DNA from: Geotalea uraniireducens Rf4
GTDB lineage: Bacteria > Desulfobacterota > Desulfuromonadia > Geobacterales > Geobacteraceae
Assembly: GCF_000016745.1 (NCBI RefSeq)
Contig: NC_009483.1
Location: forward strand, 540,001-572,000
DNA length: 32,000 bases
Direction of reading: 5' to 3'
The translations under genes were made by a program, and so were the position numbers. This document shows positions 22,644-31,800 of this stretch, in pieces. The notes below the pieces were generated by a model. The model saw only the letters and a list, made by a program, of their open reading frames with translations, did no database searches and was not told the DNA's origin. The stretch's first letter is position 1, and every line of letters begins with the position of its first letter.

Positions 22644-24119
22644 TTGATATTTAAGAGTCTTACATCAAGGGTCATCGTAATATCCATTTGTCTGCTTGTA
22701 TTCGGTATCAGCGCCTTTGCTTTTGTAACGTTGCGCAGAGAGCAGATGCAGTTGATCAATGCCGCAAGGGAAAACAGCGAGCTTTTGCTTAATACCATCG
22801 AGAGAAGTACCTATAATTCCATGCGTATCGGCAATTCGGAGGATGTGCAGATTATTTTGGAGATGGTAGGCCAGAACCAGAAGTTGCTCGGTGTACGCAT
22901 ATTTCATCCTCACGGCATAGTCCTCAAGTCGTCCCAACCCAGCGAAGTCGGCAAGCCCGTGGATAATCGTGATTATCAGCTCTTCATCAATAATAAAAAA
23001 GAAGGGGTTTTTACCCTGGAGGGGCACGGTGAAGTTCTCGGGATGCTTAAACCCATCTATAACGATGAGCAGTGCCATGTTTGTCATGGGCACAAAAGCC
23101 GCATAATCGGCTTATTGAACGTCAATTACTCGCTCGTCGAAACGAGAAAGCGAATAATGGATGCTACAAAATTATTTGTTTTCTCTACCATAGCCATCAT
23201 TGCCTTCCTTTCCCTTGCCATTTCCCTTGTTATGCTTAAATTCGTCAAAAAACCTTTGCACCTTATGGCAGAAAACATGGCACGGGTCGAAAAAGGCGAT
23301 TTGTCGGTACGGATGAAACCTGAAGGCAAGGATGAGATCGGTCGACTGATTACCAGCTTCGACTCCATGGTCGACCGGCTCGATACGGCGAAGCAGGAAC
23401 TGGAGCGTTATCACTTTCAGCAGATGGAGCGGGCGGATCGTCTTGCCTCTGTCGGCGAAATGGCGGCGGGAATCGCCCACGAGATCAAAAACCCCCTCAC
23501 CGGCATAGCCTCGGCGATAACGATCATAAAGGATGATTTTTCTCCATCGGACCCTCGAACCGAGATTGTCAACGAAGTTCTGGAGCAGGTCAGTCGTCTC
23601 GATAAGACCGTGAACGATTTGCTCTTTTTTGGCAAGCCCTCACAGCCGGAACCAACATATATCGATATTAATGCGACATTAAAAAAGACACTCATGTTTG
23701 CATCCCGGCATCGGGGCAGTAAGGATATCGAGAAAAAACTTGAGCTTCAGGACGATTTGCCGCCGGTATATGTCGACCCCAAGCAAATTCAGCAGGTTTT
23801 TCTGAATCTGTTTTTGAATGCGGTACAGGCGATGTATCAGGGGGGAGTGCTTACAATAAAAAGCTCTTTGCTGCAAAAAGATTGTACGTGGGTAGAGGTC
23901 AGCGTAGCCGATACCGGTCAAGGAATACCCCCGCAGATTCTGGAGAAGATATTCACTCCGTTCTTTACCACAAAAGCTCAAGGTACGGGCCTGGGTCTGG
24001 CTATCTGCCATAAACTCGTAACTCAGCACGGCGGAACATTGTCTGTTGCCAGCGAGGACGGCAAGGGGACTATATTTACCGTTGCCTTGCCGGCTTTCGA
24101 CCATGGTTTGCAGGTCTGA
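22644..24119 (+). CDS. Sensor histidine kinase with a periplasmic CXXCH (heme c) sensor domain, HAMP, HisKA and HATPase domains
   Basis: The start is a TTG at 22644 (GGAG 6 nt upstream). There are two TM segments flanking a domain of about 150 aa that contains CHVCH (23073-23087). The H-box is AAGIAHEIKNPL. The N, G1 and G2 boxes are LNLFLNAVQA, DTGQGI and GTGLGL. Confidence 0.9.
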   Translation: MIFKSLTSRVIVISICLLVFGISAFAFVTLRREQMQLINAARENSELLLNTIERSTYNSMRIGNSEDVQIILEMVGQNQKLLGVRIFHPHGIVLKSSQPSEVGKPVDNRDYQLFINNKKEGVFTLEGHGEVLGMLKPIYNDEQCHVCHGHKSRIIGLLNVNYSLVETRKRIMDATKLFVFSTIAIIAFLSLAISLVMLKFVKKPLHLMAENMARVEKGDLSVRMKPEGKDEIGRLITSFDSMVDRLDTAKQELERYHFQQMERADRLASVGEMAAGIAHEIKNPLTGIASAITIIKDDFSPSDPRTEIVNEVLEQVSRLDKTVNDLLFFGKPSQPEPTYIDINATLKKTLMFASRHRGSKDIEKKLELQDDLPPVYVDPKQIQQVFLNLFLNAVQAMYQGGVLTIKSSLLQKDCTWVEVSVADTGQGIPPQILEKIFTPFFTTKAQGTGLGLAICHKLVTQHGGTLSVASEDGKGTIFTVALPAFDHGLQV

Positions 24120-24226
24120 AACGGGTGTGCAAGCGTAGCAGGCCTCTAAACGTCACTGTGTGAGTAAATTAACGTTATTTTGAAAGCTGAAGCAAATATA
24201 AACATCTGAAGTCAAAAGGAGTTCCC

Positions 24227-25597
24227 TTGAGAAAGACAAAAATACTAGTCGTGGATGATGAACATTTAATCCGCTGGTCTCTTGAGCAGAACTTGAAAAA
24301 GCAGGGCTACGAAGTTTTCACGGCAGGCAATGGTGAAGATGCGCTGCGCTTGGTGCGGGAAGAGCAACCCGATCTGGTTCTGCTGGACATCCAGCTGCCG
24401 GGAATAGGCGGCCTGGAGGTGCTTGAGAAGGTCAAAGAATTCGATGAGGATATCGTCGTTATTATGCTGACGGCCCATGGCGGATTGGAAACCGCGGTAA
24501 ATACCATGCGCATGGGGGCCTACGATTATATAAACAAGCCGTTTAATCTGGACGAGTTGTCGATAGTAATTAAAAAAGCGCTTGAGACGTCCGACCTGCG
24601 GCGAGAAGTGGTGCAGCTCCGCAGTGAGCATAAAAAATCCGGTCCTCCGCAGATTATCGGCACGAGCAAGCATATGAAAAATGTTCTGGATATGATGGGA
24701 AAGGTTGCCAAGAGCGAGGCTTCGACCGTCCTGATTCAGGGGGAATCCGGCACGGGCAAGGAGCTTGTCGCCAAATGGATTCATTATCAGTCCAATCGCT
24801 CGGAAAAGCCGTTCGTGGCTATAAACTGTGCGGCGGTACCGGCAACACTGCTTGAGAGTGAATTGTTCGGACATGAAAAAGGGGCTTTTACCGACGCAAA
24901 AACTGCGAAGAAAGGTTTGTTCGAACTTGCCGACGGCGGGACCGTATTTCTCGATGAAATCGGCGATATGGAGATGGGGATGCAGGCCAAACTCCTGAGA
25001 TTTCTTGAAGACAGGACATTCAGGAGAATCGGCGGGGCAAAAGTGATATCCGTGGATGTCAGGATCATATCGGCCACCAATAAAGAACTGATGAAGGCAA
25101 TTGAGGAAAAATCATTCAGAAACGATCTGTATTACCGGCTCCAGGTCATTCCGATATTTCTTCCGGCTTTACGGGAGCGCAAGGAAGACATTATCCAACT
25201 GGCTAATCATTTCATTGAAACTTTCGGCAGGGAGTTCAACAAGCCCATCAATAATATTTCAAGCATGGCGGAAAAAATGCTGTTGGAATACAGCTGGCCC
25301 GGCAACATCCGCGAACTTAAAAACGTCATCGAACGCGCGATAATTCTGGGAAGTGAAGATACCCTCCTTATTGAAAATCTGCCGCTGGAAATTATTGCCA
25401 AGACATCCTCGTCGAACGTCCCGCTGGCAACGTTTAAACTCCCGCCTGAAGGTGTCGATATTGAAGAGGTTGAAAAGGAACTCATCCGGCAGTCTTTGGA
25501 AATCACCGATTGGAATCAGTCCAAGGCCGCAAAAAAACTGAACCTCGGCATCGATGCATTTCGCTATCGAATGAAAAAATTCGGCTTTTTGAAATAA
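24227..25597 (+). CDS. Sigma-54-dependent response regulator (NtrC family: REC + AAA+ + Fis-type HTH)
   Basis: The start is a TTG at 24227 with an AAAGGAG SD. REC is ILVVDDE...DLVLLDIQLPG. Walker A is GESGTGKE. The sigma-54 contact loop is GAFTDA (24881-24898). ESELFGHEKGAF is present, and the C-terminal HTH is NQSKAAKKLNLGIDAFRYRMKKFG. Confidence 0.93.
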   Translation: MRKTKILVVDDEHLIRWSLEQNLKKQGYEVFTAGNGEDALRLVREEQPDLVLLDIQLPGIGGLEVLEKVKEFDEDIVVIMLTAHGGLETAVNTMRMGAYDYINKPFNLDELSIVIKKALETSDLRREVVQLRSEHKKSGPPQIIGTSKHMKNVLDMMGKVAKSEASTVLIQGESGTGKELVAKWIHYQSNRSEKPFVAINCAAVPATLLESELFGHEKGAFTDAKTAKKGLFELADGGTVFLDEIGDMEMGMQAKLLRFLEDRTFRRIGGAKVISVDVRIISATNKELMKAIEEKSFRNDLYYRLQVIPIFLPALRERKEDIIQLANHFIETFGREFNKPINNISSMAEKMLLEYSWPGNIRELKNVIERAIILGSEDTLLIENLPLEIIAKTSSSNVPLATFKLPPEGVDIEEVEKELIRQSLEITDWNQSKAAKKLNLGIDAFRYRMKKFGFLK

Positions 25598-25641
25598 TCT
25601 GTAGATTTGCCGGTTGGCGCAATCGAGATACAATCGCATAA

Positions 25642-25696
25642 AAGCGAAATGACATCCTGTGGTGCAGCGCATTTGGGCGATCAAGTCATTTCGCTT
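25642..25696. promoter_or_regulatory. 12-bp perfect inverted repeat AAGCGAAATGAC ... GTCATTTCGCTT (31-nt spacer), followed by TTTCC; either the terminator of the regulator gene or an enhancer-binding (UAS) site
   Basis: Read from the sequence. Its centre is about 180 bp upstream of the -12 element at 25851. An AT-rich tract (about 25767-25800), compatible with DNA bending, lies between the two. Confidence 0.3.
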
Positions 25697-25837
25697 TTCC
25701 CATCCACATTTTGGCAGGATTACAGCCACAAGCCACAAGCCGTATCGGGTGCTTTCAGTCGTTACGAATTAAATATGCATTATATATCGCCTATTGTATA
25801 GGCGTTCATTGGAAATGCCAGTCCCTTGGCCGATGTC

Positions 25838-25853
25838 GGGCACTGAAGTTGCA
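25838..25853 (+). promoter_or_regulatory. Sigma-54 (-24/-12) promoter
   Basis: gGGCAC-TGAAG-TTGCA compared with the consensus TGGCAC-N5-TTGCW. GG (25839-25840) and GC (25851-25852) have the canonical 12-nt register. It lies 84 nt upstream of the NHL-protein ATG and just downstream of an NtrC-type activator gene. Confidence 0.7.
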
Positions 25854-25936
25854 TATATTTGATAAACAAAAACACTGCCGCAGGGCAGGCTTGCTATTAA
25901 ATTAAGAATATCTCCAATAAATACGGAGGCTTTCAG

Positions 25937-28750
25937 ATGATTCACTCTACTCGAAATCTATTGGCAATACTTGTCGTCTCACTGTTTGTTGCGGTTATTT
26001 CGCTGCCAGGAATAACCTCAGCCGCAGTGGCTCCTAAAATCTCTACCCTGACACCGGTGAAGCGCGATATGGTGGCTCCCGTCAGGATAGCTATGGATTC
26101 GTCGGGCAATTATTATGTGACCGACCCGCGTAGCAGGGGGGTATTGAAGTTTAATGCCTATGGGCGGCTGGTGAAGACTATACCGACTGCTGGCGTCCCT
26201 TTAGGTGTGGCTGTTGCAGCCAACGGCAACGTCATTGTGACCCAGGGTACCTATGTGTCTATCCTCGATCCTGACGGCGTAGAACTTGCCAAGCTGGGGA
26301 GTGGTGTCGGTCAGTTTGCTAAGGCGAACGGTGTCACGATAGATGGGAATGGTTATATATATGTTACCGATGGTGGTCTTCATCTGGTGCGGGTCTTTAA
26401 TGCCTCGGGCGCATCAGTCACGCAGTTTGGCGGCAAAGGTGTGGCTACGCAAAGCGTCCCGCTCAATGGCCTCTTTAATGATCCGACCGCGATAGCATAT
26501 GAGAAGGCGCATAATCAAATTGCCGTTGCCGATACCTTGAACGGTAGGATTCAGTTCTTCGATGCTGCCACTTATGCGTGGGTCAAGACGATAGGCAAGA
26601 TAGGTGATGCTCCCCTGTCCTTTGTTTCGCCCCAGGGGATAGTATTTGAATACGCCAACGCTACCACACTGATGAGGATGTATGTGGTGGATACCTGGAA
26701 AAATACTATGCAGGTGATTGACACCGAAGCCTCTGCGGCCGGTAATTTCTTGTCGCTTATAGGCTGTGGAACGGTAAGTTTCCAGTATGGTATGTGCGGC
26801 GGGGTGGCGGATGGGCAGTTGCAGTTGCCGTCGGATGTGGCGTTTGATGCGGTAAACGGCAGGCTTCTGGTGGTTAATGGAGCCGGCAATATCCAGATAC
26901 TCGGCGTCGATGGCGGTTCGAGTCCATTTGACAATATCCCCCCCGTGTTGACGCTTAATACGGTGCCCAGCAACACTAATCAGGCTAACCTGGCGATAAG
27001 CGGGACTGCTGATGTGGGCGTTGAGCTTAAGGTGACGGTAAGCACCTCTGCTGTCGCCGGTCCGATAAATCATGCGTCAACCCCTTGGGATACGACAATA
27101 ACCGGCCTTAACTTCGGCAGCAATCTTATCACCGTTACCGCCACGGACGCGGCGGGCAATGTGGCAACGAAGCAGGTGAACGTTATCTATTCGTTGCCTG
27201 CTCCTGCGCTCAGCATAACGACAGCTTCCAATATCATGACCAACACGTCTGGTCAGACTATTAACGGTACAGTGGATGCCGGCGCAACGGTGACGGTCGT
27301 CAATGCAGCTACGGGTGCGAGCGGTGCGGCCGTCGTCAACGGGACAACGTGGAGTTATGAAGCCACGCAGCTGGTGGAAGGCGCAAACAATATTACGGTG
27401 ACAGCGACCCAGCCGTCGAGTGCAGCTGCCACGGCAACAATAACCGTGGTGCGCGATACCGTCCAGCCGGTTCTTACCGTGTCTGCGCTTGCCAACGGCA
27501 GCTCCAGCAGCGTGTTGACGCAAAATATCGCCGGTACCGTCGCTGACCTGCATCCGGGCACGGTTACCGTAACGGTCAATACCGTACCGACGACCGTTAA
27601 TGGTAGCACATTCAGCGTTCCGGCGAATTTACAGGTAGGTCCGAACACGGTGACTGTGCAGGCTGTTGACTTGGCCGGCAACGCATCTTTCACCAATACC
27701 AGAACCATATACTACGACCCGGCGACACCGGTTGTGAGTATAACCACACCCCCGTCGCCGGCGGACAACTCATATGTCAAGACTAGCACAGTGGGCATGA
27801 GCGGGACCGTTACACCTGCCGCTTCAACCATAACCGTTAACGGCGTTTCCGTAGTCGTAGACGCGTCCGGCTACTGGCCGGCAGGCGGCGGCACTACGCC
27901 GGTCACACTCACTAGCGGGATCAATACGCTGGAGGTAGTCGCCACATCGGGCACCAAGTCTTCCAGCATGAAACGCTCTGTTATCTATGATCCATCGTTG
28001 CCGGTACTCGCCATTACTTCCCCGGCTCAGGATATTGCCACTAATCAGCCGAATATGAATATCGCCGGCACGGTGTCCGATGTCGGCAGTGCAGTTACCC
28101 TGGCTGCGACCGTGAACGGCGCAGCTGTCTCACCGGCCCCGGTTGTAACCAACGGTGCCTACAATTTCAACGCGACGTTCGGCCCGGTAGAAGGGCCCTA
28201 TAGTGTGGTGGTGACGGCAACCGATGCCGCCGACAATGTGACGACGTTGCCGCCACGCTCCATCACCTATGATATAACTCCGCCTGCGTTGACGCTTGAT
28301 CCGGTATATGCCGGTTATCCGAAGACCATCAGCGGCACGGTGGAATTGCAGGCAGGCGTTACCGTTGCGGATGGCGCTGCGTCATTCCCGGTTACCATTG
28401 TCAACGGCAGTCCTAACGCTACCTGGAGCGCGGACCTGTCGGCCGGGAATTATAACCCGTCGACCATCAAGATTACCGCGACCGACCCAGCTGGTAATCC
28501 TTCCGTTAGAACGGGACTGACATACACTCCCCCTATCGGTGACATAAATGGCGACGGTCCTGTAAATATCCTTGATGCGCGATATGCGCTTCAGTGCGTG
28601 GTCGGTCTCGCTACACCGACGGCAGCGGAAATACTGCGCGGCGATATCGGACCGCTGTTGAACGGGAAGGCGAATCCGGACGGCAAGATAGACCTCGTCG
28701 ACGCAATGCTTATACTGCGTAAGGCGTTGGGTGATCCCGTAAGTTGGTAA
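25937..28750 (+). CDS. Secreted NHL-repeat beta-propeller protein with tandem Ig-like domains and a C-terminal dockerin-type module
   Basis: The ORF is 937 aa with a signal peptide (LLAILVVSLFVAVISLPGITSAA). There are six NHL-like blades: YYVTDPRSRGVLKFN, VIVTQGTYVSILD, IYVTDGGLHLVRVFN, IAVADTLNGRIQFFD, MYVVDTWKNTMQVID and LLVVNGAGNIQILG. At least 6 Ig-like repeats end in xTVTATDxAGN-type strands. The dockerin-like duplicated Ca-binding loops DINGDGPVNILD and NPDGKIDLVDAMLIL are at 28538-28747. Confidence 0.88.
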   Translation: MIHSTRNLLAILVVSLFVAVISLPGITSAAVAPKISTLTPVKRDMVAPVRIAMDSSGNYYVTDPRSRGVLKFNAYGRLVKTIPTAGVPLGVAVAANGNVIVTQGTYVSILDPDGVELAKLGSGVGQFAKANGVTIDGNGYIYVTDGGLHLVRVFNASGASVTQFGGKGVATQSVPLNGLFNDPTAIAYEKAHNQIAVADTLNGRIQFFDAATYAWVKTIGKIGDAPLSFVSPQGIVFEYANATTLMRMYVVDTWKNTMQVIDTEASAAGNFLSLIGCGTVSFQYGMCGGVADGQLQLPSDVAFDAVNGRLLVVNGAGNIQILGVDGGSSPFDNIPPVLTLNTVPSNTNQANLAISGTADVGVELKVTVSTSAVAGPINHASTPWDTTITGLNFGSNLITVTATDAAGNVATKQVNVIYSLPAPALSITTASNIMTNTSGQTINGTVDAGATVTVVNAATGASGAAVVNGTTWSYEATQLVEGANNITVTATQPSSAAATATITVVRDTVQPVLTVSALANGSSSSVLTQNIAGTVADLHPGTVTVTVNTVPTTVNGSTFSVPANLQVGPNTVTVQAVDLAGNASFTNTRTIYYDPATPVVSITTPPSPADNSYVKTSTVGMSGTVTPAASTITVNGVSVVVDASGYWPAGGGTTPVTLTSGINTLEVVATSGTKSSSMKRSVIYDPSLPVLAITSPAQDIATNQPNMNIAGTVSDVGSAVTLAATVNGAAVSPAPVVTNGAYNFNATFGPVEGPYSVVVTATDAADNVTTLPPRSITYDITPPALTLDPVYAGYPKTISGTVELQAGVTVADGAASFPVTIVNGSPNATWSADLSAGNYNPSTIKITATDPAGNPSVRTGLTYTPPIGDINGDGPVNILDARYALQCVVGLATPTAAEILRGDIGPLLNGKANPDGKIDLVDAMLILRKALGDPVSW

Positions 28751-28768
28751 TGTTGCCTGAGCGACTGT

Positions 28769-28811
28769 TGTATTGATGATGTATTGATATCTGCTATACC
28801 TGTCTATTGAC
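28769..28811 (+). promoter_or_regulatory. Phased direct repeats TGTATTGAT (x2, 11-bp period) plus a degenerate third copy TGTCTATTGAC; possible regulator binding site or internal promoter before the cytochrome gene
   Basis: The repeats are at 28769-28777 and 28780-28788, with a third copy at 28801-28811. A TATATAAAT -10-like tract is at 28817-28825. Confidence 0.25.
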
Positions 28812-28843
28812 TAAGCTATATAAATGTTTTCAGGAGCGTAAAC

Positions 28844-31800
28844 ATGAAACGACCAATTACAAATGCTCTGGCAACACTGATGATGGTCTTTATAGTGGCA
28901 ACCACAGCTTATGCCAAGGAACTATCTAGTCCTCACACATTCGGCATACAGAGCGATGGCTCAACGGTTGATACATGCTCTGTCTGTCATGCGAGTGCCT
29001 TGCCGACTGGTGCTGCTGCGAACAACGTCTGTCTGGTTTGTCATAAGGCAGGCAGTGCATATTCCTTGACCAAGCAGTTCTTCAAGGGGGATATGGCTAA
29101 CCCTTTCGGGACTACGGTCGAGGATGACTCCAATAGCAACTATTCTCATAGTTCGCACGAGTGGTCGGCTACCGACAATAACCCTGCGGCCGGTGCGCTG
29201 CCGCCGACAAACAGCGCCATGAAAACGGTCACTGCGTATAACGGGCTCTTAAGCTGTAATCGTTGCCATTCCGTTCATCAGCTCGACTCAATACCCGCAG
29301 CGCAGAAGCCTCTCCTCAGGGTGCAGAATAGCAACAATGAAATGTGTTTGGATTGTCATCGATTGAGGAACACACAATCGCACCTGACCGGTACACATCC
29401 CGTAAATATTAACTATACTACCGTGGCAAAGAACAATCCTGCGAAATTCTACCCGCAGCCGGTGAACAGCAATCCCAATAACCTGACTTCGGCGATGAAT
29501 CTCATAAATGGCAATATACTCTGTACAACATGCCATGGTATCCATTACACCGACTCGAACTCACACACTTTTGACAACCGCACTACGGCGCTTACTGGTC
29601 GCCTCGCTCCCTCCAAGGGCTACCTGCTGAGAACGGATTATCGCAATTATTCCTCAAGCTTGAATAGTCCGAATATCTGTACCAACTGTCATGCGAATAA
29701 ATTCGAACATAATGGCGGCGAACAGAGAGTGGTCTGTACCGACTGCCACAGCGGCCACGTGGATTACGATCCAAACGCGCTGACCAGTCAGGACCGGGTA
29801 CCCAATATCTATATGATCAAGCGCTACATGAACTGGTCGTCACCAACCGGCTGGAAGGATAACAGGAAGCTGGCTACCCCTAAGCAGACCTTTTATCAGG
29901 ATGCAGGTGCGACAACTAAGCTCTTTAAGCGGGCCGATGGCAAGGGTGTCTGTCAGGGATGCCATGAAGTGCCCGTCGCTGGTCTGACCTCTCCAAATGG
30001 CAATATCTACCCCGATGAGCATGGCACGTCGAATCTCGTCGATGCCCCGGCCTCTTCCTGTATATCTTGCCACAACCACGACACACCTGCACCGGAGGGT
30101 TCATTTGCCGCGAGCTGTACCAGCTGTCATGGTCAGCCGCCGACGGCCACTTCGGCAGCGGCCGGTTACACCGGCAACGAGGCCGTGTCTGCGCACCTGC
30201 GCCATACCGGTTACTCATACGGATGTAAGGAATGTCATTATTCCGGTGCCCCTTCCGACCTGCACAGGAATGGCAGTTTCAAGGACGTATTTACGACCTA
30301 CACCTCAGGTATGATCGCGCGTAAATTTGGCGCTAATCCTCAGTATAATCCTGATAACACATGTTCCACAGTCTATTGCCACAGCAATGGTGCAGTACCA
30401 CCCGTATATCAGACGCCCCCCAACTGGTTCGGCGGCAATATCACCACCTGCGATGCCTGCCACGAAGCATCACCGACAACCAATGCCCATGCGAAGCATA
30501 TTGGCGCACCGAATAATTATAGCTGTGAGAACTGCCATGCGGCCACTGCAACCGGTTCGACGGTCATCAAAGACAAAACGAAGCACGCTAACGGCGGTAA
30601 GGAAGTACAATTTTCCTCAACAGCGCTTCCATTCGTAAACACGGGAAGTTTCGCTTCAGCAACTTGTTCGGCTGTCTACTGCCACAGTGACGGGGCCGAA
30701 ACCTATGCGACGCCTGTCTGGACAAACAGCAGCACTGGCGCGTGCGGCACCTGTCATGCCACAACAACGAGGGCTACCGCTGCTCACCAGCCGCACCTTT
30801 CGACATCTGTGGCGTACGGTCCGAAACTCAACAATTTGCCGGTGGCTGCTGCCTGTAATAGCTGCCATGGACCCGATTACACGGTCAATCACATTAACGG
30901 CTCCGTGCAGCTTGTTGCTGATACGTCATGTACTGCTTCTTGTCACAAAAATGGCCTCGGAACGTCAACTTGGACTTCCGGTATACGCCCAACCTGCGAA
31001 AGTTGCCATGCCGGCTTGCTTTCCGTGATTGATGGCAAAACTGCCCCGGATAAGGGCTTGTTCCAGACCTTAGGTCACGGCAAGAACTCCAGCAGTACCA
31101 GCGTGGTCATGAATTATGTCTGTACATCGTGTCATGATTCCAACGCTGCACATATCAATCCGCCGGTGCGTGACGGCAGGTTGCAGTCGAATCTTACCTC
31201 GTCTTTCAACGCACAATGTAACTACTGTCACAATGATTCGTTAAAGGTTACGACGTTATCCAAGCTGAATTTGCCATCTCACGTTCTGGATAAAAATGCT
31301 TCTCCTACAGCAAGCAGTTGTAGTCTCTGTCATGATCTCCATGGTTCATCCAATAGGTCTATGATCAGAGATATCATCAACGGTCAGTCGGTCAGCTTCA
31401 AAAACTCGACTTGTGTCACGACTTCTCTGAATGCCAATGGCGTCTACGCCGGTTTGTGTCAAGTATGTCATACGCTTACCAGGTTCTATAAAAACTCTGT
31501 TGCAGAAGGCAGTCACTATACAACGGGTTGTCTGAGTTGCCACAAGCATACCGATAATACTAATGGCCAACCTGCGGATGCTGCTTTCTATGCCTTCAAG
31601 CCGACTGGCAACTGCAACGATTGTCATGGCTATCCGCCGGTTCAGAGCCTTGACGGCATTGCTGTCCAGGGTAATTACTCCGGTGCCCGGCTCAATGATT
31701 ACATCGGTGGTGGCGGTGCCCATAGTGTTGCCGGTCATATACCGAAAACCGTCAAGCCAGCGGATGGCTGGGCTAACTGTGCCAAGTGTCACTACGGTGC

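Noticed and set aside
22644-25597. Possibility that the kinase/sigma-54 regulator pair is pilS/pilR
   Set aside because: In Geobacter, pilR is followed by pilA. Here the downstream gene is an NHL-repeat protein. The kinase has 2 TM segments and a heme-motif periplasmic domain rather than the polytopic PilS N-terminus. The nearby pseudopilin-like gene lies upstream and is coupled to transketolase.
25607-25905. Two 64-aa plus-strand ORFs in the intergenic region upstream of the NHL gene
   Set aside because: They have no SD and an odd composition. They overlap the inverted repeat and the sigma-54 promoter, so the region is better explained as regulatory DNA.
25598-25936. c-di-GMP/cGAMP (GEMM) riboswitch upstream of the NHL and cytochrome genes (also checked 28751-28843, 19596-19719 and 9833-10284)
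   Set aside because: GEMM riboswitches often precede Geobacter cytochrome genes. I found no GGCAAACC / GACGCAAAGCC-type conserved cores or the paired-helix layout. By-eye inspection cannot exclude divergent members, and a cmsearch would settle it.
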